This document shows positions 10,366 through 22,969 of a DNA stretch of 64,000 nt, one piece after another (within the stretch, counting starts at the first letter, position 1; each line of letters opens with the position of its first letter). A program made the translations under genes and the position numbers. Source of the stretch: Eledone cirrhosa (Eukaryota); the NCBI GenBank assembly GCA_964016885.1, contig OZ024740.1, positions 337,342,001 to 337,406,000 on the forward strand, given 5' to 3'. The notes under the pieces are model-generated. The model worked only from the letters and a program-made list of their open reading frames with translations. It was not told where the DNA came from and ran no database searches.

Positions 10366-12913
10366 CACTTTTAATTGTTATCGTTTGTGTGTGTGTGTGT
10401 ATATAGATATGTATATATATATATATATTATTATTATTTTTATTTTCTTTCATTATTGTTTCTGAGATATATGCCGAGTGTCTTCCTGACACCTAGGGCA
10501 AATAAATTCACAGTGTGCATTGGTAAGCCAGTTAATACAGCACATTGATTATAATAAAAAAAAAAACAGTATACATATATACACATGTGCATATGCATAT
10601 GTAAATACAAGGAGGGATATCAATCTTACAGAGATAGTGCTCTTCTCAATATGTGTGCAGTACCAGTCAAAACAATTTTTTGCACCTCGTGCAGAGAGGG
10701 TAAACCAGGAATCATTCACAAATATTATTCTGTTCCTTTCTTGATTATTATTATTATTGTTGTTATTATTGTCATTATTATTATTATTATTTTTTTTTTT
10801 TCGTGCAATGGCTATACTGAATAACAAGGGGGAAGCCATCATGTATCATATATGTATGTATAGAGAGAGGTGGGTGGTGGAAGAGGTAATGAGGGCGAGA
10901 AAGTAACTTATAGAAAGAAAGCTAGATAGCAGATAGGTAAATAGATAGGCATGTATATGTGTGTGCATGCATATATGTATGTGTGTATATATGTATGTAT
11001 GCATATATATCTCATCCAACCCATGGAAAAGCGGACACAAAAGTGATGATGTATGTATGGAAAAGCTTGCCGAATACAAGCTGAAACAGCTAGGCATCGA
11101 GGGGTTGAATTTTTACCTTCCTTTATATATATATATTTGTGCGTGTGTGTGTCTGTGTGTGGATATAGAAGTTGTCCATTATACATTATAGATTCCATAT
11201 TATAACATTGTGTTAGACATCTTGCCCCCAACCTACCAAACTTGATAAAATCACTTTCATGAGTGAACTCGATATCTTCTCCTCTGCAGTTGTGAAGAAA
11301 GAAAACTTGATTTCATGTGTGCAGTGCATGGTTTGTGGGAGTGGGTGTACTCTCCTTTCTGAAATGCATCGGTGCATGTCATTCTGTTTCACTTCATTGC
11401 ATTTCTTACAAGAATTAAAGTTTTCTTGCAAGATTAAAAAAAAAAAATCAAAAAATTTTCCGAAGAAAAATTTCTTATACATGGATGCTTTCCAGAAGTT
11501 TTATTTTAAAAAATGTTATATATATTTTTCTAAAGTTTTATTTTCAATTTTCTTCATGTTTTTGGGATCCTTCATTGATAGAAGATTTGATTTTACATAA
11601 AATACTTCAGATTGTTTCACTGCTTGTTTGGTTTTATTATTCAAAACTTTCCATTTAAAAATTTGCGATATTTTCTATATAAGTTGAAAATATTGGAAAT
11701 AAGCGCTGGAATGAAGTGAAGAAAGAAAAGAATTAAGATTGAAGTAATAATTCATGATTATAATGCCAACAACTGGGATCATGTTCTTTGGGAACAAAAA
11801 GGGGATTTTGATTTATGAGTAACATAGAAGTGAGAAAGGTTTCAATCTCAACTGAATAGCCCATCTATCCTCCCCCACCACAGGATGTATGCAGGTTATA
11901 GTTATTGTTTTTTTTTAGCCTCATCTTAGCCCTGATTAAGCAGAATTATGATCATAAATGTTCCAGCTGTAAATTTCCCATCTTTTCACAGATGGAATAT
12001 ATCTAGGATTACATTATTCAACACTTCCTTCCTTTTATAAGAAAAAAAAAAAATGTTGTGATTAAAGAAGGTTAAGCTGCTACTTTTAGTATGCCATGCA
12101 ATTATCTAATAGCTCCCTCACTGGCTAACTAGAATTAATTGTTGGTCAGCCTTGATGAAGCCACTGTATGATCAAAGGCAGTCAAGCTATGACCACTCCC
12201 TTTTTTAAAGACATAATATCATCATCACCACTATTTTGATATCAACTTTAACCACATCTACCAAGGTTTTTCTTGGTCTTCTTCTACTGTAGCTTCTTTC
12301 CACTGGCATCTCTTGGCACTTCACCTATCTAATATAAATGCATATATGAATCCACACACAGTACATTTATGTATACTAAGTGTACATTTAGTCACACCAC
12401 AAGTATTTAAGCTGAGAACAAGTCCCAGCTACCACAACAACCAGAGTAAGAGTTTCAAACACAGTTTACTTTTGACACAGATTGTCAGTGTATTTAGCTA
12501 TATCTAGGTGCCAAGGTATAGAAGATAATATCTTCTTATAGGATATCTAAAAAAATAAGGGATGATCATCACTGGAATGTCTTGATTAAGGTAGACTCAG
12601 GGTTAAATAACATCAAAAATAATGCACAATACTAATATCTGAAAGAAATTGTGGTGTTATGTATAGAGATGTTAGTAAGTATTTTTTATTACATTTCGAT
12701 TTTCGTGTAAATGGTTTTGCTTTTTATATAACCCTTAGTTTGGTTGCATTTTATTTTTCAAGAAACAGATTTTATTTTTCATAAAAGTCTGTAGCTCACT
12801 CAGCGGTTCCTCCCCAAAAGTTGTGTAAAAACTGTGACTATTGGGCTGCCTGCTGTGTTATCAAGGCCTTGTAGGCAACACATCAATTTTAGCATTTTTT
12901 CACACACACAGAC

Positions 12914-12958
<45 letters not shown>

Positions 12959-12969
12959 TACATATTATA

Positions 12970-13140
12970 AGAGCTGTTGAAATGGCTGAGCTCTTGCCAT
13001 TTCAACAGCTAAAAAACAATCTGAAACTAGCTGTTGAAATGGCAATAGCTCAGCCATCGGGTCTCAACTGTTTATAATATAAACATACTCTACTACCTCA
13101 AGTATCGAGTACTCTGTTGAGTAATGGTCTAACCTGTTTA
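12970..13140 (+). mobile_element. Older copy of the fold-back half-hammerhead element family
   Basis: Inverted arms containing GAAATGGC...GCCATC, followed by ACTCTACTACC..GAGTACT..ATGGTC as in 14816-15008. Adjacent to (TA)n. Confidence 0.65.
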
Positions 13141-13291
13141 AAACTGGTTTTATCTTGTATTTGTTTATATATGTAAATATATAAACAAATATTGTATGCG
13201 AAGCTCAAATTAACTTCGAGCTGAGGAAATAAATTTATAAGATGTAAGAAGTTCAGACAGACAATAACTGCAATTATTGTAAGTTGCTATA

Positions 13292-13376
13292 AAATAGCAT
13301 AGCATAGCATAGTATAGTATAGCATAGTTTAGTATAGCATAGCATAGCATAGTATAGCATAGTTTAGTATAGCATA
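13292..13376. repeat. (TAGCA/TAGTA)n pentanucleotide repeat
   Basis: Direct reading. Confidence 0.9.
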
Positions 13377-14724
13377 CACCTTGTATGGTGGTTGGTAACA
13401 TGAAGTGTATCCTGTTGCATAAACCATGCTCAAAAGATCAAAAGGACTCTTTAGTTGTGTGAAGGATCTAGACTCACCTAGTATATTCTGTAAAGTAGTT
13501 GGTGATAGGTTGGATATATGACTTTAGAAAACTTGCCAAACAAAGGGTTGGAAGGATCCTTCAGTTGTGCCATAGACATGATAACATGCCTAATATATAT
13601 CTATGTATATAAATTTCTGTGAAAAATGTGTCACTGACTTTAAAGTCTCACATCATACATGCATACACATACAAACACATCTTGATTATGTTTATGTTTA
13701 TGTGTATGTGTGGGTGTGTGTATGTGTGTATATATACATACATATATATATATATACAGAGAGAGAGAAAATTTATTGTATTATTCAGCATCTGTTAGTG
13801 TAATCAATTAATTTGATTATGTAACAAGAATCAGAAGCCACTTACAGTAGTGTTTTACTCAACGGTCGAATTATTTCATTTGGTAGATTTATATATATAT
13901 ATATATATGAATTTATTTACTCAAGAGATGTATCTAATTTATCATGCAAACAGCTGTACGTTATTCCATAACTTACCAAATGTTGGGTAGACAAAAATCT
14001 AATTGGACCTTTAATATGTTTTGAGAGTAGACTGTATTTAAGGTTAATTTGATATAGCACTTTGTATGGGAAATTCAATTATGGCACTATATATTATTGG
14101 GTGGACAACTTTCTATTGAAACCTTCAATATATTATGAGAGAGTAGACTGTATTTAAAATTAAATATAAATATATAACACTAAGTTATAATACATTACAA
14201 TCCATTACTATAACAAACATTCAATACAAATATATCGTAACTTATGTGATGGATGTGAAAAATGTAACTTTCTTTTTTTGCACACATACAAATTTGAACT
14301 ATACAGAAAATATCCTCGCATTGCAACCACCATAATGCACTAACATATTCGCTTAAAGTGCTTGTATTTCATGTAATACCTTGCCATACAGTACTCATAT
14401 ATACATGATACATTTACTTGTTCCATCCCTTTGTATATGACTAACGCATATACTATCTCTTTGATTTAATTATTAGACTATTCTCTGTATTATATGTATT
14501 ATCTGTTGCATGTATTCCAACCTATACTTTTAATCTTGTTTTTAAATTTAATTTTGATTTTAATCTTAATTCGAATTATTGTACAAATATAGTATAATAT
14601 AATATATGTCGCATCAATCCCACACTGTAAACATGAAACTGTTGTACACAACATCAATATATATATGTATCTGTATGTTTCTTTGGTTCAGTAGGAGGTC
14701 AATTATATGTACAAACATTAAAAA

Positions 14725-14771
14725 TGCTCCGAAGACTCCAAGCCTAGGTTTGGAAGAAACAATTGTCAGCG
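14725..14771 (+). ncRNA. Type I hammerhead ribozyme motif (U4C variant) at the 3' end of a probable PLE remnant (~13910-14800)
   Basis: Stem I TGCT/AGCG, core CCGAAGA, stem II TCCAAGC/GTTTGGA, GAAAC-AATT-GTC, AATAAA at 14772. Region bounded by (TA)n. Confidence 0.7.
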
Positions 14772-14815
14772 AATAAATGTTTTAAACATAACTTTGATTC
14801 TTATATATATATATA

Positions 14816-15005
14816 TAGGAACGAGTAGGACCCCGACGGCTGAGCTCAAGCCGTTTCGACGGCTAATTCAGTCCAGAATTAGCCGTCGAAACGGCTTGAG
14901 CTCAGCCGTCGGAGTCCTACTCGTTCCTATTACCCACTCTACTACCCTAATATTGAGTACTTTGGTGCATTATGGTCCATCTGGTTCCTTACCACATTTC
15001 CTTCG

Positions 15006-15008
<3 letters not shown>
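14816..15008 (+). mobile_element. Fold-back element: 54-bp inverted arms containing the 3' half of a hammerhead, plus a 79-nt tail
   Basis: Arms 14816-14869 and 14876-14929 (1 mismatch). GAAACGGCT-TGAGCTC-AGCCGTC at 14888-14910. Inserted in (TA)n. Second copy at 59634-60040. Confidence 0.85.
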
Positions 15009-15088
<80 letters not shown>

Positions 15089-15129
15089 CATATATATATA
15101 CATATATATATATACATATATATATACAC

Positions 15130-15167
<38 letters not shown>

Positions 15168-15619
15168 ATATACATATATATATATACACATATATATATA
15201 TACACATATATATACATATATATATATATATACACACATATATATATACACACATATATATATATACATATATATATGAAAACAAATAACGAAACAAAAT
15301 TAAATTTCGTTTCGTTTGTAACTCACTTTTGTATGACTGACGCTTAAACAATTAAGTTAAAGATGTACATCCATATATGTATACTGAAATACTAGTATTT
15401 CTGGAGAATAGAGGAGAGGTGTTTCCTCAAAAACCAGTACGACTCTAAAAACCGGTTTGTCTGTGTGTTTACATACAGAATAGCTGGCCACTCACAGTAA
15501 AGTGACCAGTGAAAAAACTTGGTACACCTACATATGTATACGTGTGTGTATTCATATACATACTAGTATTTCAGTATACATATATGGATGTACATCTTTA
15601 ACTTAATCATATATATATG

Positions 15620-15705
<86 letters not shown>

Positions 15706-16270
15706 TATATATATACATATATATATATACATATATATATATACACACAAACACTCCAGGCAATTTTCACTTTATCTTTGTGACTAGTTATTCATTAATT
15801 CATCAAAGTTCTTTTGCCACACATTCTGTGATCTCCTCAATGACTATGTTCTTTTTTGTACCTCCTCTTCTTTCTGGTCTCCATTTTGTCTTTTGTTTTA
15901 CAGTGCGTTTTTTGTGATTTGTGACTGCTCATGCATAGGCATGAATCAGGAAAAATGCACCACAAAACAACAAAAAAAAGAACTTTGATGAACAAATAAT
16001 TTGTAATAAAGATAAAGTGAAAATCATATGGTGTGTGTGTTTCTTTTTAATGGTAATACTGGCAACATCACCATCCCCAAATATAACAATATATATCAAT
16101 GGCAGTGCCCCAGCATGGCCTCAGCCTGTTTTCTGGAACATGTAATAGAGTAATATATATATAATATATATATATTTGTTTGCGTGTTTGATGAGGGGTC
16201 AGTTTTGAAGAGCCTCCTCCAATATACAGTGGTGGCCATAACTAGACCTCAAAACCAATGATCACACATA

Positions 16271-16452
16271 TTGGCAGTATCGGTAGAGGGTCGGACGCCA
16301 TGCTTTCCAACATAGTTACGTCCCTTTACGATCTGAGTTCAAATCCCGCCGAGGTTGACTTTGCCTTTCATCCTTACGAGGTTGATAAAATAAAGTACCA
16401 GTAATGCACTGGGTAATTGCTGGCCTTGTGCCAAAAAGTAGAAACAATTATT
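16271..16452 (+). mobile_element. tRNA-derived SINE (A box, B box, central GCCTTTCATCCTT..GATAAAATAAAGTACCAG domain)
   Basis: A box TGGCAGTATCGG, B box GAGTTCAAATCC, more than 10 copies in the window. Confidence 0.85.
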
Positions 16453-16465
16453 TATACTATACATG

Positions 16466-16499
<34 letters not shown>

Positions 16500-17001
16500 A
16501 TACACACATTAAGTTTAGAAACACCAAAGATTTAAAGCATTAATAAACTGACAAATGTTTCTGCCTGTAAATGAGTTTAACTACTCTCATTAATATTACA
16601 ACTATAATATTAATACAACTATTATAAATATATATTCTTTTAATAATTCAAAAGATATCAATGGGATTTTCTCTGCAAGTCATTGGAACTGTAGGAAATA
16701 GCAGCCAAATCTCCTTAGAATCACATGCTATCATCTTTAAAAAGTGGTTGACACATTAAATAGTGTAACCCAAGATACTCCTAAAAGAGGGAATGGTCAG
16801 TATTAGAATTCCTTTCAGCATAGGCTGATCATTGCAGACCCAAGGTTAAATAGAAAGAATTTTTTTTTTTAAAAAGCAACACATTGAAAAGAAAAACAAT
16901 ATAAATAATAGTAAAAAAAAAAACCAAAAATTTGTTAATATTAAATTCTCACTGTTTATTTATTAACCCCATCGTCGTTCCTATCATCATTATTTTTATG
17001 T

Positions 17002-17180
17002 GAATTGGCAGTATCGGTAGAGGGTCGGACGCCATGCTTTCCAGCATAGTTACGTCCCTTTGTGGTCTGAGTTCAAATCCCGCCGAGGTTAACTTTGCCT
17101 TTCATCCTTATGGGGTCGATAAAATAAAGTACCAGTAATACACTGGGATAATTGCTGGCCTTGTGCCAAAAGTAGAAACA
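17002..17180 (+). mobile_element. tRNA-derived SINE with 13-bp TSD
   Basis: Same family. TSD ATTATTTTTATGT at 16989-17001 and 17181-17193. Confidence 0.88.
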
Positions 17181-17444
17181 ATTATTTTTATGTCTGCTCT
17201 TCCGTATTAACAAGGGCTGGATGAGATGTTTTTGAGGCAATTTTTTTAAGGCTTAATGTCTTTCCTGGTGTTAACCCATACTTCATTTTTAATCATGAGT
17301 TACTTAAAAATGCTTGACCTTCATGGGACTGTAAGATATGAGGCATTTTTTAATATGGAACATAAACGTCATTACTTACTTTAAACAGTGTTGCATTGGA
17401 GGCACATATATGTATTTGGAAGTCCAACCAATGCAATTGAATAA

Positions 17445-18875
17445 GGCTCTGTCCTTAGCCCCCTCCTATTTATTATTGCCCTTCAGGCTATAACAGAGGA
17501 GTTCAAGACTGGCTGCCCATGGGAACTCCTATACGCAGATGATCTAACGCTCATAGCTGAATCAATGGCTGAACTAGAGAAGAAATTCCAAACATGGAAG
17601 CATGGCCTAGAATCAAAAGGCCTTAAAGTTCTAGTTTGTAGAAAAGAAAATAGGGGACAGGTGCCCTCAGGGAAATGGCCATGCTCAGTGTGTAGGAAAG
17701 GAGTAGGCAGAAATTCCATTTTATGTCCCAAATACAAAGTATGGGTACATAAAAGATGTAGTGGGATCACAGGTAAACTATCTAAGAATATAGACTTTAT
17801 ATGTGGCCGATGCTCAGGTGCAATAAGTAGCAAGTGTCCACAGGATACTAGCTCCTTCTATTGCCCAGATGGTTCTATAGAAATAGTGGACACTTTCTGT
17901 TACCTGGGTGACGAAATCAGCAGTAGTGGAGGGTGTTCTGAAAGTACAGTAGCCAGAGTCAGAACGGGATGGAAAAAGTTCAGAGACCTTATACCGCTGT
18001 TGGCCACAAAAGGTTTCTCTCTAAAAATGAAAGGCAGATTGTATGATGCCTGTATACGAACAACAATGCTACATGGCAATGAGACATGGGCATTACGTGC
18101 AGAGGACCTGTGCAGACTGGAAAGGAACGAAGCATGCATGCTCCGTTGGATGTGTAATAGTAATATACGTGAACAGCAAAGCATAAATGAACTAAGTAAG
18201 AAATTAGAAATAAGAGGGATCAGATGCTGTTTACCTGAGAGAAGACTATGTTGGTATGGCCACGTGATGCGCATGAAAGACAACAGCTGTATAAAAAAGT
18301 GCAGGGCGATCAAAATTGATGGTAGTTACAGAGTAGGTAGACCCAGAAAAACCTGGGACGATCTGATAAATTCCGACCTTACACACTTGCACCTCTCTAA
18401 GACAATGTCATGGACCGAGATCTTTGGCGCTACGCAGTAATACAGAAGACCCACCATGCCTATGTACAAAGTGAAACCTACAGTCAGTAGGCACCTCTTA
18501 ACCAAATATACACCCTAATCCACTACCCCTACCCTATCCTCCCACCAACACCACCCTCTCTCTGTAAAGTTGGTACCACAACATCCAGTCCAAATAAATG
18601 AGATAATGAGATCGAGATCGTGTAGGTGTCACAACAAAAAACACATAGTCTATGCTGTAATGTGGCCGTGTAGGTAACACGGTAAAAAGTTCCCAGTCCA
18701 CACTGTAAATGTGGTTGGTGTTAGGAAGGGTATCCAGCCATAGAAAACCTGCCAGATAGTCCTATATGAGCGAGACACGGTCACCCGACCAACCTTGCCT
18801 CAAGTGGGACAACTCCCGTCTAACCCATGCTAGCATAGAAGATGGACATTAAACGAAGATGATGATGATGATGAT
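17445..18875 (+). mobile_element. 5'-truncated RTE LINE (PHD-like finger family)
   Basis: LLYADD, then ORF 17565-18440 (WPCSVC..WVHKRC..CGRC, FCYLG, LCWYGHV, GRPRKTW), 3'UTR and (GAT)n tail. Confidence 0.92.
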
Positions 18876-20299
18876 AGAAACTGTGTGGAATCTTGTACTA
18901 TATAGACATACGAGCGCACATATATCTATATATCTCTCTCTCTATATATAACTATATCTATCTATCTATCATCTCTTATCTCTCTCTCTCTATATATATA
19001 TGTATTGGAAGGCATGCTTGAGGACTCTTCCCCCCACACCCTCCCAAGAATAAATTGGTGAAGAAGATATACATATATTATGGGCTTCCTCATAGTCACT
19101 GTCAATCATATTCCTTTGCAAAGCCTTGGATGCCTTTCCATACTTTGCAATAAACAATTTTCTAAGTCTTCTCTCCTATAAACTGCTACCTTCTGGAATT
19201 ATGCCCCTGCCAACATTTTGTGTACAGATGTTGACTTACAGATGTTCAAATTGATTCTTAACTGCATTAATCTCATCAGTTTTGGAGGGTTTGTAAAGGT
19301 GATGGCCACTGGTGAAATTGGCCAAACCAAGTAAACTGGTGGTAACATGTGGTTTATTCAAGACACTAATTAAACATTGGGAAATATAATTAAGAACCTT
19401 TTAATTTTGCAATTGCCAATATCATGATAATTACTCTTCCATTTACATTAACACAACAATTTATAAATCATAAAATATTTTTTTAAATCTATATATTGAA
19501 CAGTGTGCTGAATGATTTTTATACAAATCTATTTTGCAAGCAATACAAATGCCTAATTGAAATTGTTTTTATTATTATTATAAATAATTTCAACTTTTTT
19601 CTAAAATCAATGTACTATGTAAATGAATCTCTCTTGGTTTTGACCATCAGTATTCCAGTTATTTGATCAACTGAACTACCTAATCATTGAATTAGTGAGT
19701 AAATGGCTGAATATTCCATAGACAGTTCATTTGATGGAATTCCACATAATTTTCATATGCACAATTTCACCCACAAGGCATGGGCTGACCTAGGGCTATA
19801 GAAAAAAATACCTGATCAAGATGCCTCCTCTTAACCATTCAGCTATCTCTGACTCCACAATGTAAAATCTGGCTTATAAGATAAACTATTTTGAAAATTA
19901 TTTGAAAATTATTTGAAAATTATTTGAAAATCATAGGAAGTGTCTTTTATCAGACATATTGTAATGAAAGGGTTAATTTCCTTTCATTTTATTATTTGTC
20001 ATATTATATACTAAAAAGTAAATAAGGATAAAGGATAAAGATCCCATTACTCCTAGTGGAGTCATAGAGGCACTGTCATACAGCGTGTTTAGAGAAAAAT
20101 TTAAACCCGGCAGAGTCCAACCCTCTCCAGGTCTGAACACAGCTGATTTTTTCTATAGAGGATGAATCAACCCCAGTACTGAACTGGTACTTTTTTATCC
20201 ACCTTAAAAGGATGAAAGGCAAAGTTGACCATGGCAGGATTTGAAATACAAATGAATAAATAAGTGTTGATGGTCTCTCTCTTTCATGCACTGCCTCCA

Positions 20300-20500
20300 T
20301 CTCTCTTGTTCTCCCCATCTCTCCCTATTATTGGCAAATGGGGGCCCACATGCTGGCTGCTCCACAGCTCTGGCAGACAGAATAGAGAAAGTGTTTCCCC
20401 TTGAGGATGGTGAGGGAGACATATTGGAAGAGCCATTCCAGCTTATGAGGCTCACACCTGTGGGTAGCCAACTCCATGCCGATAGTCTTGCTTTCTAATA
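20300..20500 (-). pseudogene. 3'-terminal fragment of a CRE-like RLE non-LTR element
   Basis: Translates IGMELATHRCEPHKLEWLFQYVSLTIL/RGNTFSIL with one frameshift, resembling the CRE C-terminal motif LFQRxSxxxxRGN. Confidence 0.5.
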
Positions 20501-21873
20501 AATTTTACTCTATCAAATAACTATGAAAATTATATTGGGTTGTTATCAGAAAAGCTACACTCTGAAAAGAATGTACTATGATGAATCAAAATTTTAAACA
20601 TTCTACTTGAATAAGTTTCTGTTATTAAGTATGAAAGTTAATAAATAATTAAATAATTGTTTGTCATATATTATATAAACCCATATTTACCATACTGATG
20701 GGAAAATTATTGCTAAGTCATATTTTTGGATGAATATTAGTTTTTCTTATCAAAATATTGAATTGATTAATTATTCATGTTCAGGATTATTCTTTCTTGA
20801 ATTTATGCAATAAATAAAAGAATTGTGGACATATTTTTTAATTATTATTTCAAACAATTTAATGAGAATATATTTGTGACAGTTTCTTTTCTAATTATTA
20901 ATAAAACTGTGTTTTTCTTTCTAAAATCTTTGTTACTAGGTGCTAATAGTTTCCAATAAGTGGTTTGCAGACTTCTTGGGTTCTGGGGTGGGTGACGTTC
21001 ATCAGTTTGTTGAATAGACAAGCATTCCAAAGGCTTGGGATTCATAGGGAAATCAATTTAAACAAACAGTCTTTGGTAGTGACTATGCTGAGAACCCGTG
21101 ACCTAGAATATATTTCTCAAGTTCTTCTGAGTTTAAAAACTATAAAGGATTCTTAAAAAATTAAGTATTAACTTGAGTTAAGAAATTTTAACTAAATATA
21201 TTCTACATTTTAAAAACTACTTTAATCATATTCTGAAGAGCAATTTTATCTTTCATCTTCCTGGTGACAAAATATGTACTAGTAATATGTGCCTATGTGT
21301 CCATGTGTCTGTGTACCTTTATGTCTATGTGCTTGTGTGTGTGTGCCTGTATACCTATGTGTCTGTATGCCTGTATGCCTGTATGCCTGTGTGTATGTGT
21401 TAAGAATCATTTTTGTTCTAGTTTCTGATAGCTGTTTTTTACAATATCTATTGATGAAATAGTATATATTTGTTCAAAAGTAGTAACCATCAATAGTATT
21501 ACTTATTCTTCACAAGCTGGAAGTGCTACTTCTGTCATTTATACCATGACAACAGTGACAAGATTTTTTTTATTATCTGTTTAAGAATCCCACGGGGAAG
21601 ACTAATAGAAGAATTTGTAATCTGGAATGTGGTTAGTCGTTAATAGTTAATCTGTTGTGTATTGCAGCAGTGGATGTTTTGTGAAGAAACACAGGGCTGT
21701 AGTTTGAGATTCATTACTACACTAATGTCTTTTAGAAATGCATGACCATTGCAGCATTTCATTTTACTTTTCACTTACAGTTTTGAAACTTCATATTCAC
21801 ATAAGAAATTCTCATTGCCACCACCACCGCCATCATCATCATCACCACAATCATCATCAGTACCATCATTGTT

Positions 21874-21910
<37 letters not shown>

Positions 21911-21924
21911 CTGTATATATGCTT

Positions 21925-22490
21925 CAGCTTGTGCTCGTGGGAAGTCAGGTCGTCTGTATTCTGCATATTGCCAGAGATCTCGGTCATGTGTCATCACCTT
22001 TGAAAGGTGCAATTGGGCAAGGTCAGCTTTTATCACTTCATCCGAGGTCTTCCTGGGTGTTCCCACTCCAAGGCATCCATCTACTTTGAGCGCTCTGCAC
22101 TTTTTTATTCAGCTGCCATCCTTCATATGCATCGCATGTCCATACCAACGCAATCTCCTCTCCTGCACACAACATTTGATTCCTCTTATGCCTAATTTCT
22201 CTCTCAGTTCATTTATGCTTCGATGTTCTCATATATTACTATTACACATCCATCGGAGCATGCAAGCCTCATTTTTTTCCAATCTACACAAGTTTCCTGC
22301 ACACAGCGCCCAAGTCTCACTACCATGTAACATTGCTGTTCGTATGCATGCATCATAGTCAGCCTTTCATTCTAAAGGAAAAGCCTTTTGTAGCCAGCAG
22401 TGGTAGTAACTCCCTGGCTACTCTACTTTCAGAACACCCACCATCACCACAGCTAATTCGGCTACCAAAGTAGCAGAAGCTATCTACTGT
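21925..22490 (-). mobile_element. RTE LINE C-terminal fragment
   Basis: Antisense homologue of the RTE C-terminus (ETWAL, LRWMC, RWYGH, GTPRKT). Confidence 0.85.
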
Positions 22491-22969
22491 TTATATATAT
22501 ACATTGTCATTGTGGTTGGTATTAGGAAGGGCATCCAGCCATAGAAAACCAGCCAGAAACACTCCTATATGAGCGAGACACGGTCACCCGACCCAACTTG
22601 CCTCTAAATGGGACAAATCCGTCTAACCCATGCTAGTTTGGAAGATGTTAATTGATGATGATGATGATGATGATGATGATATATAAATATATTATATTAT
22701 TCATTTATGCCTAAAGAAACAAAGGTACTACCCAAAGTCAATTGCTTTTAATGATATCTTATAAACTCATATAAGTGAATGAAGAAAGGCCACTATTTTG
22801 ATGCCTCGCGTTTTCTGGGAGCATGGTCAAATTTTAGCCTTGAAACCTTGGGTAGTACCTTTGTTTCTTGTTTGAACATAAATGAATAATATAATATTTC
22901 TGCTCTCTTTCTGATTGATCATTGTTTTCCTTTTTCCATTTCACATACACATATACATACACATATACA

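Noticed and set aside
11237-11283. Possible 47-nt - strand exon (GEDIEFTHESDFIKF)
   Set aside because: It is isolated with no partner exons and is short enough to arise by chance.
16271-16345. tRNA gene
   Set aside because: The A and B boxes belong to a SINE head. There is no cloverleaf, and the sequence continues into the SINE body in many copies.
20940-21160. Coding-like stretch
   Set aside because: Stops occur in the plausible frames, there is no clean donor, and no motif is recognisable.
21517-21631. Possible extra + strand exon (WKCYFCHLYHDNSDKIFFIICLRIPRGRLIEEFVIWNV)
   Set aside because: It is open with AAG/GTTAGT sites but ends in phase 0 and cannot join 35348 without another exon that I could not find. 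Left unresolved.
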